A stretch of 64,000 bases of DNA from contig DRKS01000053.1 of the NCBI GenBank assembly GCA_011051655.1, forward strand, positions 11,790 through 75,789, in the 5' to 3' direction. Numbering within the stretch: position 1 is the stretch's first letter; each line of letters begins with the position of its first letter. The DNA is from Sedimenticola sp. Its GTDB lineage: Bacteria; Pseudomonadota; Gammaproteobacteria; Chromatiales; Chromatiaceae. A model generated the notes under the pieces. That model was not told the DNA's origin and did not search any database. It saw only the letters and a program-made list of their open reading frames with translations. This document shows, piece by piece, positions 10,560-22,845 of the stretch. Both the position numbers and the translations under genes were made by a program.

Positions 10560-11717
10560 TCAAGGATTGGGTGATTCCAGCGCGCCACAGGCAAACTGAA
10601 AAAGGAAATGCGTCAGCGCAATGATGCTTAGGAGAGAGGCCCAGGTTTGGGCCAGCAGTGCGAGCACCCCCGCAGAAAGAAACAGGATGCTGCGGATGCC
10701 GCTGTGCCGGCCGAGGCGCTCGCGCAGGGCCTGCTGTTTTTCCCGTGACTCCTTTGGCAGCAGCCACAGCGGCAGCAGGTGGGTGGCGGCGCCGGTGACC
10801 AGCGGCAGCAGGAAGGCCATGACGAAGGCCTGGGTCGCCTGTGCACCCGGCAGCAGGCCATGGCCGTGGAGTGGTCCCGCCAGCAGGGAGAGCAGCAGGC
10901 CGATGATGGCGGCGGCCAGCGGGGTGGCTGCGCCATGCCGGCGCCATATCTTTTCGCGATGCGGCCACAGCAGGCTGTGCGCCAGCCGCGCCAGGGGGAT
11001 CAGCCAGAGCAGCAGGCCCGCCTCGGCCAAGGGTGGCGCCCAGGCGGCGCCCGCGGCGATCAGCAGGGTCCCGGCGAGGATCCAGCGCCACTCCCGCATG
11101 AGCCAGGGACCGGCCTGTGGATCGGGGAAGCCGCCGACGGTGGGCAGCAGCACCCGCAGGGTCCCCAGGGCGGTGAGGCCGACGAATCCCAAGAGGTTGA
11201 GGTGCAGGTGCAACCGCTTCAAGGGCAGCCACTGTTCCGGCCAGAAGGCGGCCAGGGTGATGGCCGCCAGCCCCAGCGCCAGTGCCGCCAGGGCGAGCTG
11301 GTACCAGAGCAGGCCCGGGTGGGGGCGGCCCAGGGTGGCCCGTGCCCGGTTGCGAGACCACCAGAGCAGCCCGCCGATGGCCGCCAGGGCCAGGGCCGCC
11401 GCCAGGGGATAGAGCCGGTAGGCCAGGGAGAGGGAGAATACGGCCAGGATGCCCGCCCCGAGGGCCGCGAGCGGTGGGAAGAAGGTCTTGGCCTCGGGCG
11501 TGCCGGTGCGGGTGAGTACGGGGATAAAGTAGGTCATGGCCCCCAGGATCAGGGGCATGACGCCCAGGGCCAGGATCAGATGCAGCGGCGCGGCGGGCGG
11601 CAGCTCCAGCAACCCCGGCAGCAGCAGTCCGGGCAGAAAACCGGTCAGGGCCACAATGGCCAGGGCGGCCATCAGTTTAGGAAGAGGAGTGCCGCCTGCT
11701 GGGGATCTGGTATGCAC
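10560..11717 (-). CDS. Polytopic inner-membrane protein, function unknown (possibly NnrS-like; not verified)
   Basis: 385 aa, about 10-12 hydrophobic helices with several conserved-looking His (LHLILALG, LHLHLNLLGF, ATHLLPLW). No motif I can assign firmly. Confidence 0.55.
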   Translation of the reverse strand: MHTRSPAGGTPLPKLMAALAIVALTGFLPGLLLPGLLELPPAAPLHLILALGVMPLILGAMTYFIPVLTRTGTPEAKTFFPPLAALGAGILAVFSLSLAYRLYPLAAALALAAIGGLLWWSRNRARATLGRPHPGLLWYQLALAALALGLAAITLAAFWPEQWLPLKRLHLHLNLLGFVGLTALGTLRVLLPTVGGFPDPQAGPWLMREWRWILAGTLLIAAGAAWAPPLAEAGLLLWLIPLARLAHSLLWPHREKIWRRHGAATPLAAAIIGLLLSLLAGPLHGHGLLPGAQATQAFVMAFLLPLVTGAATHLLPLWLLPKESREKQQALRERLGRHSGIRSILFLSAGVLALLAQTWASLLSIIALTHFLFQFACGALESPNP

Positions 11718-11790
11718 CGAATCTAAAGGCCGTAAACTGGGGATGTCAGACAGAAATTAGCGGCATGAATAAAGAAGCCGGTTATCATCC

Positions 11791-11846
11791 TGACAACTGA
11801 CAACTGACAACTGACAACTGACAACTGACAACTGACAACTGTCAGA
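11791..11846. repeat. (TGACAAC)7 perfect tandem heptamer array ending in a short palindrome CTGACAACTGTCAG
   Basis: Read directly. Seven identical units span 11791..11839. The metF stop codon (11842..11844, minus strand) lies in the terminal palindrome. Confidence 0.95.
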
Positions 11847-12711
11847 TAAGCTCCGCCCCCGGCAGCCCCAGGTTCTTCCAGATGCCCAGCACCGGCTCCG
11901 CCTGGTTCATGGAGTAGAAGTGCAGACCCGGCGCCCCTTGCTCCAGCAGCCGCTGGCACATTTCGCTGATGACATCCAGCCCCAGGGCGCGGATGCTCTC
12001 CAGGTCGTCTTCGAGATCCTCCAGGCGCCGGCGCAGCCAGCGGGGGATCTCGGCCCCGCAGCCGTCGGAGAAGCGGGCCAGCTGGGTGAAATTGGTAATG
12101 GGCATGATGCCGGGCATGATGGGGATGTCGAGCCCCAGTTTTTCACAGCTCTCCACGAAGCGGAGGTAGGCGTCCGCGTTGAAGAAATACTGGGTGATGG
12201 CGCCATTGGCGCCGGCCTCGACCTTGCGCTTGAAGTTCGCCAGGTCCGCCCGGGCGCTGGGGGCCTGGGGGTGGAACTCGGGATAGGCGGCGACCTCGAG
12301 ATAGAAGTGGTCGCCGGTCTCGGCGCGGATGAATTCCACCAGTTCGTTGGCGTAGCGGAAGTCCCCGGTTTCGGCGGCCCCCATGCCCGAGGGGAGATCC
12401 CCGCGCAGGGCGACGATGCGGTCGATGCCGTGGCTGCGATAGAGCTCCAGCAGCTCCAGTATCTCGTCCCTGGAGGAGCCGATGCAGGAGAGGTGCGGCG
12501 CCGCATTCACCCCGGCCTCCTGGAACTCCAGCACGGTCCCGATGGTGCGGTCCCGGGTGGTGCCGCCGGCCCCGTAGGTGACCGAGATATAGAGGGGGTT
12601 GAGCCGCATCAGCCGGTCCCGGACCAGGCGCAGTTTCTCGGCGCCCTGTTCTGTCTTGGGAGGAAAGACCTCGAAGCTGTAGCTGGGTTGGTATTTTTTC
12701 TGGGATTCCAT
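11842..12711 (-). CDS. metF: 5,10-methylenetetrahydrofolate reductase
   Basis: Contains SFEVFPPKT, ISVTYGAGG, HLSCIG and ITQYFFN motifs. Start set at MESQKK (12711); the longest ORF begins at 12732. Confidence 0.93.
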   Translation of the reverse strand: MESQKKYQPSYSFEVFPPKTEQGAEKLRLVRDRLMRLNPLYISVTYGAGGTTRDRTIGTVLEFQEAGVNAAPHLSCIGSSRDEILELLELYRSHGIDRIVALRGDLPSGMGAAETGDFRYANELVEFIRAETGDHFYLEVAAYPEFHPQAPSARADLANFKRKVEAGANGAITQYFFNADAYLRFVESCEKLGLDIPIMPGIMPITNFTQLARFSDGCGAEIPRWLRRRLEDLEDDLESIRALGLDVISEMCQRLLEQGAPGLHFYSMNQAEPVLGIWKNLGLPGAELI

Positions 12712-12794
12712 GCCGCCCCCTTTTAGTCTCAATTGGGTTCAATTCCCCGCAGTTCGCCTGCAGTGTCTGCTTTTGGTGCTGCGAAGAGATAATG

Positions 12795-12878
12795 GTAGGA
12801 GCGGCGCCCTCGCCGCGATGACTTCGCACGGCGGTTTAATCTGTGGGCCGGTCATCGCGGCGAGGGCGCCGCTCCTAC
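12795..12878. repeat. REP-like element: 28-bp perfect inverted repeat with 28-nt loop between ahcY and metF
   Basis: GTAGGAGCGGCGCCCTCGCCGCGATGAC (12795..12822) pairs with GTCATCGCGGCGAGGGCGCCGCTCCTAC (12851..12878). Confidence 0.9.
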
Positions 12879-12881
12879 TGT

Positions 12882-14303
<1,422 letters not shown>

Positions 14304-14322
14304 GGTTTTTACTCCTTGAAAG

Positions 14323-14396
14323 AACCGAGCGCCGTTGTCAGTGAAACCGCGGTACCGAGCCTGGCAGGGGAGGCCCCGTTGCAGCGCTCCTCAGTA
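14323..14396 (-). promoter_or_regulatory. SAH riboswitch in the ahcY 5' leader
   Basis: The minus strand reads CUGAGGAGCGCUGCAACGGGGCCUCCCCUGCCAGGCUCGGUACCGCGGUUUCACUGACAACGGCGCUCGG. It contains the conserved GAGGAGCGCUGC, GCCAGGCUCGG and CAACGGCGCUC blocks of the SAH element as I remember the consensus. It sits just upstream of the AAGGAG SD (14312..14317) and the ahcY ATG. Confidence 0.8.
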
Positions 14397-14430
14397 CGCG
14401 GGTTAGGTGAAGTTTAGCCAAGTATTTGTT

Positions 14431-14503
14431 TTTGCCACAGAGGCACAGAGGACACAGAGGACACAGAGAAAATATAAATTAATGCCCTGTGTCTCTGTGG
14501 CAA
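14431..14503. repeat. Palindromic REP-like element with tandem CACAGAGGA units (probable metK terminator)
   Basis: TTGCCACAGAGGCACAGAGGACACAGAGGACACAGAG, an AT-rich loop, then CCCTGTGTCTCTGTGGCAA. The outer ~17 nt are complementary. Lies directly after the metK stop. Confidence 0.85.
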
Positions 14504-14510
14504 TAGATAA

Positions 14511-15671
14511 TTACAACCCGGCCGCCTCGCGCAGTTCGTCCGCCTTGTCGGTGCGCTCCCAGGTGAATTCGGGTTCCTCCCGGCCGAAATGGCCATAGGC
14601 GGCCGTCTTCTTGTAGATGGGCCTGATCAGATCCAGCATCTTGAGCAGGCCATAGGGGCGCAGGTCGAAATGCTCGCGCACCAGTTCCACCAGCCGGTCT
14701 TCCGCAACCTGGCCGGTGCCGAAGGTCTCGATGCTGATGGAGGTGGGCTCCGCCACGCCGATGGCGTAGGAGACCTGGATTTCGCAACGCTCCGCCAGGC
14801 CCGCGGCGACGATGTTCTTGGCCACGTAGCGGCCGGCATAGGCGGCGGAACGGTCCACCTTGGAGGGGTCCTTGCCGGAGAAGGCGCCGCCGCCATGACG
14901 GGCCGAGCCGCCATAGGTGTCGACGATGATCTTGCGCCCGGTCAGGCCGCAGTCGCCCACGGGGCCGCCGATGACGAAGCTGCCGGTGGGATTGATGTGG
15001 TATTTGGTCTCCTTGGTCAGCCACTCATCCGGCAGGATGGGCAGGATGATGTTCTCCATCACTGCCTCGCGGATGTCCTCCTGGCTGACGCTGGGATCGT
15101 GCTGGGTGGAGAGCACCACGTCGCTGATGCTCACCGGCCTGCAGTTTTCGTAACGGAAGGTGACCTGGCTCTTGGCGTCCGGGCGCAGCCAGGGCAGAAC
15201 CCCGTGCTTGCGCACTTCCGCCTGGCGCTTGACCAGGCGGTGGGCGTAGGTGACGGGGGCCGGCATCAGCACATCGGTTTCGTTGGTGGCGTAGCCGAAC
15301 ATCAGCCCCTGGTCGCCCGCCCCCTGCTCTTCCGGGTTGTCCCGGTCCACGCCCATGGCGATATCGCCGGACTGTTTGCCGATCAGGGACATGACGGCGC
15401 AGGTTTCCCCGTCGAAGCCCATGTCCGAGCTGTTGTAGCCGATATCCATGATGGTGCCGCGCACCACGTCCTCCAGATCCACCCAGGCGGAGGTGGTGAT
15501 CTCTCCCGCCACGATGACGGCGCCGGTCTTGATCATGGTCTCGCAGGCGACGCGGGCGCTGGTGTCCTGCTCCAGGATGGCGTCCAGGACGGCATCGGAA
15601 ATCTGGTCCGCAATCTTGTCCGGGTGGCCTTCAGAGACCGATTCCGAGGTAAAGGTGAAATCTTTCAGCAT
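14511..15671 (-). CDS. metK: S-adenosylmethionine synthetase
   Basis: [39 protein letters not shown] and [16 protein letters not shown] motifs. Internal ATG at 15671 gives 386 aa. Confidence 0.97.
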   Translation of the reverse strand: MLKDFTFTSESVSEGHPDKIADQISDAVLDAILEQDTSARVACETMIKTGAVIVAGEITTSAWVDLEDVVRGTIMDIGYNSSDMGFDGETCAVMSLIGKQSGDIAMGVDRDNPEEQGAGDQGLMFGYATNETDVLMPAPVTYAHRLVKRQAEVRKHGVLPWLRPDAKSQVTFRYENCRPVSISDVVLSTQHDPSVSQEDIREAVMENIILPILPDEWLTKETKYHINPTGSFVIGGPVGDCGLTGRKIIVDTYGGSARHGGGAFSGKDPSKVDRSAAYAGRYVAKNIVAAGLAERCEIQVSYAIGVAEPTSISIETFGTGQVAEDRLVELVREHFDLRPYGLLKMLDLIRPIYKKTAAYGHFGREEPEFTWERTDKADELREAAGL

Positions 15672-15829
15672 GGGATGGCTTCCGTTTTGATCTGAATGGC
15701 CCGTTTGCAATCGGGCGGATAAGCGCGCGATTATACAGCCAGCTTCCGGCTTTTGCATCGGCTGTCGTGTTTGGCATTTCCGCGCTTGGCGTTATGATGC
15801 GACAAATACCTTTTTTGGGAGTCCGCGCC

Positions 15830-16381
15830 ATGGTGTCATTGCAAACCCCTGTCTGTGAATTCGGCAAGCCCGCGGTGGATTTTTCATTGCCCGGCGTCGA
15901 CGGCAAGACCTGGACCCTGGAGCAGTGCCGGGGGGATAACGGCCTGCTGGTGATGTTCATCTGCAACCACTGCCCCTATGTAAAGGCCATCCGGGAGCGC
16001 ATTGTGCGGGATGCCCGGGAGCTGCTGGATCACGGCGTCAAGAGCGTCGCCATTATGTCCAACGATGCCGCCGGGTATCCGGAAGACTCCTTCGACAACA
16101 TGCGGCGGGTGGCGCGGCGGTTCCATTTCCCCTTCCCCTATCTGCTGGACGAGACCCAGGAAGTGGCCAGGGCCTACGGGGCGGTCTGTACCCCGGACTT
16201 CTTTGGCTACAACGGGGACCTGGAGCTGCAATACCGGGGCCGCCTGGACGAGAGCCGCAAGGAGACCGCGCCTGAAGGGGTTCGCCGGGACCTGTTCGAG
16301 GCCATGAAGCAGATCGCCGCCACGGGGGAGGGGCCGCGGGAGCAGATTCCCAGCATAGGCTGTTCCATAAAGTGGCGTTGA
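15830..16381 (+). CDS. Thioredoxin-fold protein, AhpC/TSA (thiol-disulfide oxidoreductase) family
   Basis: FSLPGVDGKTW...LLVMFICNHCPYV CxxC-type motif. Start set at MVSLQTP. Confidence 0.8.
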   Translation: MVSLQTPVCEFGKPAVDFSLPGVDGKTWTLEQCRGDNGLLVMFICNHCPYVKAIRERIVRDARELLDHGVKSVAIMSNDAAGYPEDSFDNMRRVARRFHFPFPYLLDETQEVARAYGAVCTPDFFGYNGDLELQYRGRLDESRKETAPEGVRRDLFEAMKQIAATGEGPREQIPSIGCSIKWR

Positions 16382-16474
16382 TATCAGTTATCAGTTATCA
16401 GTTTACGGTTGACAGTATCTTGATGCATTTCTTCATGTTATTGGTTTGCCGCTTTTGACCGTCAACTATCAACG
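16382..16474. repeat. Heptamer arrays as inverted arms
   Basis: Left arm (ATCAGTT)3 TACGGTT GACAGT at 16382..16415. Right arm CGTCAAC TATCAAC at 16460..16474. Confidence 0.85.
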
Positions 16475-16727
16475 GGCGATGGCATTGGCGGTTGTACCAA
16501 AAGCGCGGTTGGGCGAAAATAACCGATTTCCCGAGGGGGGATCACCGTCTCTCCCCGCCGTGGTGGGCCTCAAAAACATCCAAAACAATCATCCCGGAAT
16601 ATGGTGACGGGGGGATCTGTAAGCCCTTCGCCGGGGCGTTCTGGCCTGAATTCATTCCGGGCCGGCGAAGCAATGAGATTCCGCCCGGATCCATATCGAA
16701 CCTTTCGGCTTTGACCAGGAGAGACGC

Positions 16728-18725
16728 ATGTCCTCACGCAGAGAACTAGCCAATGCCATCCGTGCGCTCAGCATGGATGCGGTACAAAAAGCAAAATCCG
16801 GCCACCCGGGCGCGCCCATGGGGATGGCCGATATCGCCGAGGTCCTCTGGAACGATTTTCTCAAGCACAACCCGGCCAATCCGAAGTGGCCGGACCGCGA
16901 CCGTTTCGTCCTGTCCAACGGCCATGGCTCCATGCTGATCTACTCGCTGCTGCATCTCAGCGGTTACGACCTCCCCATGGAGGAGATCAGGAACTTCCGC
17001 CAGCTCCATTCCAAGACCCCCGGCCATCCCGAATACGGCCATACCCCCGGGGTGGAGACCACCACGGGGCCGCTGGGGCAGGGCATCTGCAACGCCGTGG
17101 GCATGGCCATTGCCGAAAAGACCCTGGCGGCCCAGTTCAACCGCCCGGGTCACGCCATCGTCGATCACCATACCTATGTCTTTCTTGGCGACGGCTGCAT
17201 GATGGAGGGCATCTCTCACGAGGCCTGCTCCCTGGCGGGGACCCTGGGCCTGGGCAAGCTCATCGCCTTTTACGATGACAACGGCATCTCCATCGACGGC
17301 GAGGTGGACGGCTGGTTCACCGATGACACCGCCAAGCGGTTCAACGCCTACGGCTGGCACGTGGTGTCCGGGGTGGACGGCCATGACCCCGCATCCATCA
17401 AGGCGGCGGTGGAAGAGGCGCGGGCCGTTGGCGACCGCCCCAGCCTCATCTGCTGCCGGACCATCATCGGCTGGGGCTCTCCCAACAAGCAGGGCAAGGA
17501 GGTGTGCCACGGCGCCCCCCTGGGGGAGGACGAGGTCGCCCTGGTGCGCAAGACCATCGGCTGGAATCACCCCCCCTTCGAGATCCCGGAGCAGGTCTAT
17601 CGCGGCTGGGACGCGAAGGAGGCGGGGGCTGCCGCCGAGGCCGACTGGAACCGCCGTTTCGAGGCCTATGCCCGGGCCCACCCGGAGCCGGCGGCCGAGT
17701 TCAAACGCCGCATCGCCGGTGAACTGCCCGCGGACTGGGAGCGCAAGGCCGGGGATTTCATCCAGTCGGTGAACGCCCTGGCCCGGAAGGTGGCCACCCG
17801 CAAGGCCTCCCAGGACGCCATCGAGGGCTATGCCCCGGCGCTGCCCGAACTGCTGGGCGGCTCCGCCGATCTGACCGGCTCCAATCTGACCATGTGGTCC
17901 GGCTCCAGGGCGCTGACCCCGGATGACCCCTCGGGCAACTATATCCATTATGGCGTGCGTGAGTTTGCCCAGGCGGCCATCATGAACGGCATCGAGCTGC
18001 ACGGCGGCTTCCGCACCTATGGGGGCACCTTTCTGGTCTTTTCCGAATATGCCCGCAATGCCCTGCGCATGGCGGCCCTGATGCAAATCAGCCCCATCCA
18101 TGTGTTCACCCACGATTCCATCGGCCTGGGCGAGGACGGCCCCACCCACCAGCCGGTGGAGCAGGCGGCGACCCTGCGCCTGATGCCCCGCATGTCCGTC
18201 TGGCGGCCCTGCGACGCGGTGGAGACGGCGGTGGCCTGGAAGATTGCCGTGGAGCGCCGGGGCGGCCCCACCAGCCTGGTCCTGTCCCGCCAGGGGCTGC
18301 CCCACATGGCGCGCTCCCCTGAGCAATTGGAGGCCATCCGCCGGGGCGGCTATGTCTTGTTCGGCGGCGACGGCACGCCGGATGCTATCATTATCGCCAC
18401 GGGCTCCGAGGTGGAGCTGGCCATGCAGGCGGCCGGGGCGCTGACCCGGGAGGGCCGCAATATCCGGGTGGTGTCCATGCCCAGCACCGACACCTTCGAC
18501 GCCCAGGATGCGGCCTACAGGGAATCCGTATTGCCGGCCTCGGTGCGGGCCAGGGTTGCGGTGGAGGCGGGGGTGACCGGCTACTGGACGAAATATGTGG
18601 GCCTCGACGGCCGGGTCATCGGCCTGGACCGCTTCGGCGAGTCCGCGCCGGCCGCCGAGGTCTATGCATATTTCGGCATCACTGCGGAGCATATCGTCAG
18701 GGCGGTGAAAGAGCTCACGGCCTGA
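16728..18725 (+). CDS. tkt: Transketolase
   Basis: 665 aa. Contains [24 protein letters not shown] and [15 protein letters not shown] motifs. Confidence 0.97.
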   Translation: MSSRRELANAIRALSMDAVQKAKSGHPGAPMGMADIAEVLWNDFLKHNPANPKWPDRDRFVLSNGHGSMLIYSLLHLSGYDLPMEEIRNFRQLHSKTPGHPEYGHTPGVETTTGPLGQGICNAVGMAIAEKTLAAQFNRPGHAIVDHHTYVFLGDGCMMEGISHEACSLAGTLGLGKLIAFYDDNGISIDGEVDGWFTDDTAKRFNAYGWHVVSGVDGHDPASIKAAVEEARAVGDRPSLICCRTIIGWGSPNKQGKEVCHGAPLGEDEVALVRKTIGWNHPPFEIPEQVYRGWDAKEAGAAAEADWNRRFEAYARAHPEPAAEFKRRIAGELPADWERKAGDFIQSVNALARKVATRKASQDAIEGYAPALPELLGGSADLTGSNLTMWSGSRALTPDDPSGNYIHYGVREFAQAAIMNGIELHGGFRTYGGTFLVFSEYARNALRMAALMQISPIHVFTHDSIGLGEDGPTHQPVEQAATLRLMPRMSVWRPCDAVETAVAWKIAVERRGGPTSLVLSRQGLPHMARSPEQLEAIRRGGYVLFGGDGTPDAIIIATGSEVELAMQAAGALTREGRNIRVVSMPSTDTFDAQDAAYRESVLPASVRARVAVEAGVTGYWTKYVGLDGRVIGLDRFGESAPAAEVYAYFGITAEHIVRAVKELTA

Positions 18726-18750
18726 GGGGATTGGAGCGGTTTTTTTAACC

Positions 18751-18830
18751 CGTGTTCATCCGGAAACCATGTGCGGGACTCCTTCGCGGCTGAAGCCGCG
18801 AAGAGATAAAGCCGTTTCCGGATGATCACG
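18751..18830. repeat. Nested palindromic element between tkt and gap
   Basis: Outer inverted repeat is CGTGTTCATCCGGAAAC / GTTTCCGGATGATCACG (1 mismatch). Inner hairpin is CTTCGCGGC-TGAA-GCCGCGAAG. It shares the 12-mer GCGAAGAGATAA with the ahcY-metF spacer (12781..12792). Confidence 0.8.
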
Positions 18831-18836
18831 GACTAA

Positions 18837-19853
<1,017 letters not shown>

Positions 19854-19867
19854 TCCTGGAAGCCGGC

Positions 19868-21064
19868 ATGCCGATAACCAAAATGACCGATCTCGATCTC
19901 GCCGGCAGGCGGGTGCTGATCCGTGAGGATCTGAACGTTCCCGTCAAGGACGGCAGGGTGGCCAGCGATGCGCGCATCCGCGCCAGCCTGCCCACCATCA
20001 GGCAGGCCCTGGGGGCCGGTGCCAGGGTGCTCCTGATGTCCCACCTGGGGCGTCCCACCGAGGGGGAATACGATGAACGGTATTCCCTGCGGCCGGTGGC
20101 GGTTCATCTGTCGGGGCTGCTGGGCAGGGAGGTGAGGCTGGTGAAGGACTATCTGGGCCGGGCGCCGGAGCTGGGTGACGGCGAGGTCGTGTTGCTGGAA
20201 AACGTCCGCTTCAATCCGGGCGAGAAGAGCAACGACGAGGCCCTGTCCAGGCAATATGCGGCCCTGTGCGATATCTATGTGATGGACGCCTTCGGCACCG
20301 CCCACCGGGCCCAGGCCTCCACCCACGGGGTGGGGCGGTTCGCCCCCCTGGCCTGCGCCGGCCCCCTGCTGGCCGGTGAGCTGGAGGCCCTTGGCAGGGC
20401 CCTGGACAACCCGGTTCGTCCCATGGCCGCCATCGTCGGGGGCTCCAAGGTCTCCACCAAGCTGACGGTGCTGGAAAGCCTGTCCAAGGTGGTGGACCAG
20501 CTTATTCCCGGCGGCGGCATCGCCAATACCTTCATTGCCGCGGTTGGCCATAACGTCGGCAAGTCGCTGTATGAAGAGGACCTGATCCCCGAGGCCAAAC
20601 GCCTGATGGAGGCGGCCAGGGCCAAGGGCGGCGAGATCCCCGTCCCCACCGATGTGGTGGTGGGCAAGGCATTCTCCGAGACCGCCGAGGCCAGGGTGAA
20701 AAAGGTGGGGGAGGTGGCCGATGACGACATGATTTTCGATATCGGCCCCGAAACCGCCGCCCGCTACGCCGCCATGATGAAGTCGGCCGGCACCGTGGTG
20801 TGGAACGGCCCCCTGGGGGTGTTCGAGTTCGATCAGTTCGGCGAGGGCACCCGCATACTGGGCGAGGCCATCGCGGCGTCCGATGCCTTCTCCATCGCGG
20901 GCGGGGGGGACACCCTGGCGGCGGTGGACAAGTATGGCCTCACCGGCCGGATCTCCTATATCTCTACCGGCGGCGGCGCCTTCCTGGAATTCCTGGAGGG
21001 CAAGAAACTTCCCGCCGTCGCCATGCTGGAGGAGCGCTGTTCGGCCCCGAACCCTGAACCCTGA
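19868..21064 (+). CDS. pgk: Phosphoglycerate kinase
   Basis: [21 protein letters not shown] and GGGDT motifs. ATG at 19868 chosen, because the longest ORF overlaps the gap end. Confidence 0.95.
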   Translation: MPITKMTDLDLAGRRVLIREDLNVPVKDGRVASDARIRASLPTIRQALGAGARVLLMSHLGRPTEGEYDERYSLRPVAVHLSGLLGREVRLVKDYLGRAPELGDGEVVLLENVRFNPGEKSNDEALSRQYAALCDIYVMDAFGTAHRAQASTHGVGRFAPLACAGPLLAGELEALGRALDNPVRPMAAIVGGSKVSTKLTVLESLSKVVDQLIPGGGIANTFIAAVGHNVGKSLYEEDLIPEAKRLMEAARAKGGEIPVPTDVVVGKAFSETAEARVKKVGEVADDDMIFDIGPETAARYAAMMKSAGTVVWNGPLGVFEFDQFGEGTRILGEAIAASDAFSIAGGGDTLAAVDKYGLTGRISYISTGGGAFLEFLEGKKLPAVAMLEERCSAPNPEP

Positions 21065-21069
21065 GCCGC

Positions 21070-22524
21070 GTGATGCTGCGTCGAACCAAGATCGTTGCAA
21101 CCCTGGGCCCCGCCACCGATGATCCGGGCGTGCTGGACGAGCTGATAGACGCCGGGCTGGACGTGGCCCGCATCAATCTCTCCCACGGCCCCCGTGAGGT
21201 ACATGCCCGCCGCATCCGGATATTGCGCGAGCGCACGGCGGCCAAGCAGCGGCCTGTGGGCCTGCTGGTGGATCTCCAGGGTCCCAAGATCCGCATCGGC
21301 CGGTTCGCCGGGGGTGCCGTCACCCTGGCCGACGGCGACGCCTTCGCCCTGGATGCCGCCTGCCCGCTGGAGGCCGGTGACGGGGGACGGGTGGGCCTGA
21401 CCTTTCCCCAACTGATAGAGGATCTCTCCACCGGCGATATCCTGCTGCTGGACGATGGGCGCATCGTGCTGCGGGTCGACGCCCTGGGGGAGGGGCGGGC
21501 GGACTGCACCGTGGTGATGGGCGGCAGGCTTTCCGACAGCAAGGGCATCAACCGCCAGGGCGGCGGGCTGTCCGCCACGGCGCTGTCGGCCAAGGACAGG
21601 GAGGACATTGGTTTCGCCGCGGAGATGGAGGCGGATTACCTGGCGGTCTCCTTCGTGCGCGACGCCTCGGACGTGGAGCAGGCGCGGGAGCTGTTGCGCG
21701 AGGCGAGGGGCCAGGGCGGCATCCTGGCCAAGATCGAGCGGGCCGAGGCCCTGGCGTCCATCGAGGACATCATCGCCGCCTCCGACGCCATCATGGTGGC
21801 CCGCGGCGATCTGGGGGTGGAGATCGGGGACGCGGAGCTGCCGGCGGTGCAGAAAAGCCTGATCCGGCGGGCGCGGGAGATGGACACCGTGGTCATCACC
21901 GCCACCCAGATGATGGAATCCATGATCGAGAACGCCATCCCCACCCGGGCGGAGGTGTTCGACGTGGCCAATGCGGTGTTCGACGGCACGGATGCGGTGA
22001 TGCTGTCGGCGGAGACCGCCATGGGCAGGAATCCGGCCAAGTCCGTGGCCGCCATGGACCGGATATGCCGGGAGGCGGAGAAGCACAAGGCGGTGCGCAC
22101 CTCCAGTCACCGCATCGATTCCGTCTTCACCCGGCGGGACGAGGCCATTGCCATGGCCGCCATGTACACCGCCAACCACTACCTGCGGGTCAAGGCCATC
22201 GCCGCGCTGACCGAGTCGGGCTCCACGGTGAAGACCATGTCCCGCATCAGCTCCGGCATCCCCATCTACGCCATGACCCGTCATCGTTCCACCCGCCGGA
22301 AGGTGACGCTCTTCCGGGGGGTCTATCCCATAAGGTTCGATGTGGTCACGACGGACGCGAGGCGGATCAACCAGGCCATCATCGACGAGCTGTTGCGGCG
22401 TCATGCGGTGGAGGAGGGGGATGTGGTCATCATCACCAAGGGCGACCGCTCCGGAGTCGGGGGCCGGACCAACACCATGAAGATCATGCGGGTTGGCGAT
22501 CATGTGATCCCGCCGCAAGCCTGA
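21070..22524 (+). CDS. pyk: Pyruvate kinase
   Basis: RRTKIVATLGPA, MVARGDLGVEI and MLSAETA motifs; 484 aa. Confidence 0.95.
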   Translation: MMLRRTKIVATLGPATDDPGVLDELIDAGLDVARINLSHGPREVHARRIRILRERTAAKQRPVGLLVDLQGPKIRIGRFAGGAVTLADGDAFALDAACPLEAGDGGRVGLTFPQLIEDLSTGDILLLDDGRIVLRVDALGEGRADCTVVMGGRLSDSKGINRQGGGLSATALSAKDREDIGFAAEMEADYLAVSFVRDASDVEQARELLREARGQGGILAKIERAEALASIEDIIAASDAIMVARGDLGVEIGDAELPAVQKSLIRRAREMDTVVITATQMMESMIENAIPTRAEVFDVANAVFDGTDAVMLSAETAMGRNPAKSVAAMDRICREAEKHKAVRTSSHRIDSVFTRRDEAIAMAAMYTANHYLRVKAIAALTESGSTVKTMSRISSGIPIYAMTRHRSTRRKVTLFRGVYPIRFDVVTTDARRINQAIIDELLRRHAVEEGDVVIITKGDRSGVGGRTNTMKIMRVGDHVIPPQA

Positions 22525-22845
22525 CGCCTTGGCGCCGAACAGGATCCGGACTCCGGCCGGATCCAAGGGCTTGAGTCGCGGGCCGGAATCCCCGCAAGTT
22601 GCCGCTGCGCCCTCCCCTCCTTTTTCCTTTCCTCCCGTCCCGCCCCGTCCCGTTTCGCCTTTCCGCTTTTGCTGAGCCAATGGTTTTCGCCGGCGCTTCA
22701 AGCGCTTGCGGGTGCTGCCGGAAAACAGCCCCATCGGTTGGCCGTTATCCGGGAATAATCTGCCCACGAACGGCCTAAAGAAAAGTGGCGTTCCCCCGAT
22801 AAACCTTAGCAAGAACCTCGGCAACCGGGCTTTTATACGCAACAG

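Noticed and set aside
10493-10560. Short hairpin (TTTGCGC…GCGCAAA) between the convergent cytochrome b fusion gene and the membrane-protein gene, considered as a bidirectional terminator.
   Set aside because: The stem is only 6-7 bp with a large loop and no clear U-tracts. That is too weak to list as a feature.
16492-16749. 85-aa plus-strand ORF upstream of tkt, overlapping its start.
   Set aside because: No motifs, TTG start, out of frame with tkt. It is more likely the tkt promoter or leader region.
16746-18692. 648-aa minus-strand ORF antisense to transketolase. Similar long antisense or alternate-frame ORFs occur at 1667..2896(-), 2965..4692(-), 12843..14417(+), 19808..21100(-), 20956..23271(-), 27482..29029(-), 43769..45514(+), 45738..47588(-), 54921..56342(-) and 59537..61288(+).
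   Set aside because: All overlap genes with unambiguous family signatures on the other strand or frame. All have Arg/Gly/Pro/His-biased composition characteristic of non-coding frames in high-GC genomes.
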